DNA of 7,602 nt, taken from assembly GCA_964646355.1 (NCBI GenBank), contig CAZYEE010000001.1, forward strand, positions 15,191 to 22,792. The letters run 5' to 3'. A program made the position numbers and the translations under genes. This document shows positions 5,703 through 7,602 of this stretch, piece by piece. Positions within the stretch are counted from its first letter, which is position 1, and each line of letters starts with the position of its first letter. A model generated the notes under the pieces. It was not told the origin of the DNA, did no database searches, and was given only the letters and a program-made list of their open reading frames with translations. The DNA comes from an uncultured archaeon (GTDB taxonomy: Archaea > Asgardarchaeota > Lokiarchaeia > Helarchaeales > HEL-GB-B).

Positions 5703-6759
5703 TGAATTAAAATCCAAGTTAAAAACCGAAAAATTAGATGCTTTTCTAATTTGTAATCCAAAAAATATTTTATATTTTACTCAATTTTATCCACAGTCTA
5801 TTTCTAGATTGGTCGTTTTTAAAGATGAGGAGCCTATACTATTTTTACCTGAGCTCGAATTTGAGGAAGCAAAAAATACAGTAGAAAATTGTAAATTAGA
5901 AAAGTTCTCAAGAGAAGCAGATCTATTTAACTTAATTAAGGATAATTTTCAGAAATTACGCATTAAAAAGTGTGGAATTGAGGAAAATTTTATCACTAAA
6001 AAGGACTATTCCAGAATTTCTAAGAAATTGAAAGGTATTAAATTCCTGGACCATGAAAATATGATAATAAATTTAAGGGCTGTTAAAAATAGCAGAGAAA
6101 TTAAGTATCTGACCGAGGCTGCAAAAATAGCCGATTTGGGAATGGAAAAAGCGATAGAATCAATAAAAGATGGAATAACAGAGTTAGAAGTAGCAGCTAT
6201 AGCAGAATATGAGATGCGTAAAAATGGTTCAGAAGCGATACCTTTTGATACAATCATAGCCTCAGGGTTGAGATCTGCATTCCCTCATGCTAAGACTACT
6301 ACACACAAAATAAAGAATGGAGATATCGTTATTATAGATTTAGGGGCCCAGTTTGATGGTTATGTTTCAGATACATCTAGAACAGTAATACTAGGAAAAC
6401 CCTCTGAAAAACAAAAAGAGGTGTATAATACGGTTCTTGCAGCACAACTTGAAGCTTTGAAAAAATGTAGAGCTAATATAAAAGCTTCTGAATTGGATAA
6501 TATAGCTCGTTCAATAATTGAAAATGCTCATTACGGTAAATTTTTTAACCATTCTTTAGGGCATGGAGTAGGCTTAGATGTTCATGAAAAACCAACAATT
6601 TCTACTCAGAATGATGAGGTTCTCCAAGAAAATAATGTGATCACTATTGAACCTGGAATTTATATTCCGGAACTGGGTGGTGCTAGGATCGAAGATACGG
6701 TTATAGTTAAAGAAAATAGATGCATAGTTTTAAATAAAGTTGAAAAAACTAAGTTTTAA
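5692..6759 (+). CDS. M24B-family metallopeptidase (Xaa-Pro dipeptidase/aminopeptidase, PepQ/PepP-like)
   Basis: All five dinuclear-metal ligands are present with canonical spacing. D and D are 11 residues apart in IIDLGAQFDGYVSDTSRT. H is in LGHGVGLDVHE. E and E are 14 residues apart in IEPGIYIPELGGARIEDT. The start is ambiguous among TTG 5674, ATG 5683 and ATG 5692. I prefer 5692 because MNIDELKSKLK resembles typical family N-termini, and GGAG at 5676-5679 lies upstream. The gene overlaps the Maf stop. Confidence 0.88.
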   Translation: MNIDELKSKLKTEKLDAFLICNPKNILYFTQFYPQSISRLVVFKDEEPILFLPELEFEEAKNTVENCKLEKFSREADLFNLIKDNFQKLRIKKCGIEENFITKKDYSRISKKLKGIKFLDHENMIINLRAVKNSREIKYLTEAAKIADLGMEKAIESIKDGITELEVAAIAEYEMRKNGSEAIPFDTIIASGLRSAFPHAKTTTHKIKNGDIVIIDLGAQFDGYVSDTSRTVILGKPSEKQKEVYNTVLAAQLEALKKCRANIKASELDNIARSIIENAHYGKFFNHSLGHGVGLDVHEKPTISTQNDEVLQENNVITIEPGIYIPELGGARIEDTVIVKENRCIVLNKVEKTKF

Positions 6760-6970
6760 TTCAAATATTACCAAATATTATAGGAACTTACAAAATTTAG
6801 GTTTATAACAGTATAAATAAAAAATATTACATCAAAATTAGATGGTATTTTCACTATAAATTATAATAGAAATAAGATTTGTTATTACTAATTATTATTT
6901 TTATTTATAATAAAATTATATTACATTAGGCATCACTATTCTAAATAAAATTCACCATTTTGCTAGAATT

Positions 6971-6986
6971 GAAAGTGGCGCCTTTC
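6971..6986. promoter_or_regulatory. Imperfect palindrome GAAAG-T-GGCGCC-TTTC, the most G/C-rich word of the 553-bp spacer
   Basis: GAAAG (6971-6975) and CTTTC (6982-6986) flank the self-complementary GGCGCC, with one extra T. Its function is unknown. Operator-type protein binding or an RNA stem are both possible. Confidence 0.3.
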
Positions 6987-7037
6987 CAATTTAATTTATA
7001 AGGACAATACACCCTAATTTGATTGTTCATAAGCGGA

Positions 7038-7061
7038 TAGATTTTGGAATCTAGGTTTTTT
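7038..7061 (+). terminator. Intrinsic-terminator-like hairpin followed by T6
   Basis: TAGATT (7038-7043) pairs with AATCTA (7048-7053) around the loop TTGG, followed by GG and TTTTTT (7056-7061). The stem is short (6 bp) and AT-rich. The element lies ~280 bp after the nearest upstream plus-strand CDS, so it may end a small independent transcript. Confidence 0.3.
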
Positions 7062-7115
7062 ATTATTTTGTATCCTCTTAATCAAATATATTCTATTAAA
7101 TGATCTTAATTTTTG

Positions 7116-7147
7116 TCGGCAAATTATGAATAATTTCGGCAAATTAT
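7116..7147. repeat. Perfect 12-bp direct repeat TCGGCAAATTAT x2 at 20-bp spacing
   Basis: The copies lie at 7116-7127 and 7136-7147, separated by GAATAATT. They sit ~170 bp upstream of the ORF starting at 7313. CGGC is rare in this spacer, which makes chance duplication unlikely. Confidence 0.55.
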
Positions 7148-7312
7148 TTTGAAAATAATAGCAATAATTTGGATAAAAATTGAATAGTTTTTACCAATAT
7201 TTATTAAAATACTATACCATACCATAATAATGATCAGACAAAATTAGAATTCAAAAAGTTTAATTTATTTTACTAAATTTTAATAGTATCTTTTAATTAA
7301 TGGTGTTTAATA

Positions 7313-7602
7313 ATGCCATTTTATAGCTTTTCTGGTATAATTGGGAATCCAATTAAGCTTATATTATACATATTTTTGATATATGTGGGTGGTACATTCT
7401 CAAAGAAAGAAATAGAAAAAGAAATTAAGATAAAGAGTAAGTTTTGTCTGAACACTTTATTTATTCTATTTGTATTAATAATAGTCGAGTATTCAATAAA
7501 CTGTATTTTATTTTATTTTGGGTTTAATATTTTTACGATTTTAGTGGAAATTATATTATCGATATTGATATTATCAACAATAATTATAATTCTTAAAAAA
7601 TT
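7313..7602 (+). CDS. Partial (3'-truncated) hydrophobic membrane protein, absent from the supplied ORF track
   Basis: By hand translation, ATG 7313 opens 96 stop-free codons to the window edge: MPFYSFSGIIGNPIKLILYIFLIYVGGTFSKKEIEKEIKIKSKFCLNTLFILFVLIIVEYSINCILFYFGFNIFTILVEIILSILILSTIIIILKK. There is an in-frame TAA at 7298-7300. GGTG at 7302-5 lies 7 nt upstream. It has three hydrophobic segments separated by a K/E-rich loop. The track probably omits it because no stop lies within the window. Confidence 0.5.
   Translation, partial: MPFYSFSGIIGNPIKLILYIFLIYVGGTFSKKEIEKEIKIKSKFCLNTLFILFVLIIVEYSINCILFYFGFNIFTILVEIILSILILSTIIIILKK

Noticed and set aside
5787-5795. A perfect DnaA-box consensus TTATCCACA, an 8/9 match (TTTGGATAA, 7168-7176), and a TTTCCA word near 6983 reminiscent of archaeal ORB cores; possible replication origin in the AT-rich spacers
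   Set aside because: These are single scattered hits, and the perfect box lies inside a CDS. There is no cluster of boxes, no adjacent dnaA/dnaN or orc1/cdc6 gene, and no repeated ORB elements.
6006-6257. 83-aa minus-strand ORF inside the M24B peptidase gene
   Set aside because: It is antisense to a CDS with all five metal ligands intact, so it is a shadow frame.
7101-7153. Two mini-ORFs (MILIFVGKL and MNNFGKLF) created by the 12-bp direct repeat
   Set aside because: They are 8-9 codons long, lack a ribosome-binding site, and are most simply a by-product of the repeated DNA word.
1-7602. CRISPR array, tRNA/rRNA genes, and transposase, integrase or IS ends
   Set aside because: I saw no regularly spaced repeats of 24-40 bp, no cloverleaf-compatible G/C-rich segments, and no ORF with recombinase or transposase motifs on either strand.

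Overview
The window is a visibly AT-rich prokaryotic chromosomal segment; I did not compute exact GC. I cannot tell bacterium from archaeon by eye. Shine-Dalgarno-like purine motifs precede most genes, and oligo-T runs follow several stops. Spacers are long: about a quarter of the window is non-coding under my calls. Four genes are confidently assignable from motifs: a GNAT N-acetyltransferase (2587-3054 +), an acyl-CoA dehydrogenase (3116-4387 -), a Maf nucleotide pyrophosphatase (5100-5702 +), and an M24B Xaa-Pro peptidase (5692-6759 +) that overlaps the Maf stop. The other genes are uncharacterised: a zinc-ribbon/coiled-coil protein (54-1094 +, frame open to the left edge), a 128-aa protein (1142-1528 +), an isolated 76-aa ORF (1925-2155 +), a small 4-TM membrane protein (4597-4980 +), and an ORF absent from the supplied track that runs off the right edge (7313-7602 +). 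I see no rRNA, tRNA, CRISPR array, transposase, integrase or recognisable defence gene. I cannot name a specific novel system from sequence alone. The candidates for a second look are: (i) the uncharacterised left module and the orphan small gene, which sits between ~400-bp spacers carrying periodic repeats; (ii) the 553-bp spacer 6760-7312, with a GC-richer island, a terminator-like hairpin and a perfect 12-bp direct repeat; (iii) an atypical ACAD with an IVD-type catalytic-base layout and a C-terminal insertion. All repeat and motif observations were made by eye and by hand alignment, so they need computational confirmation.
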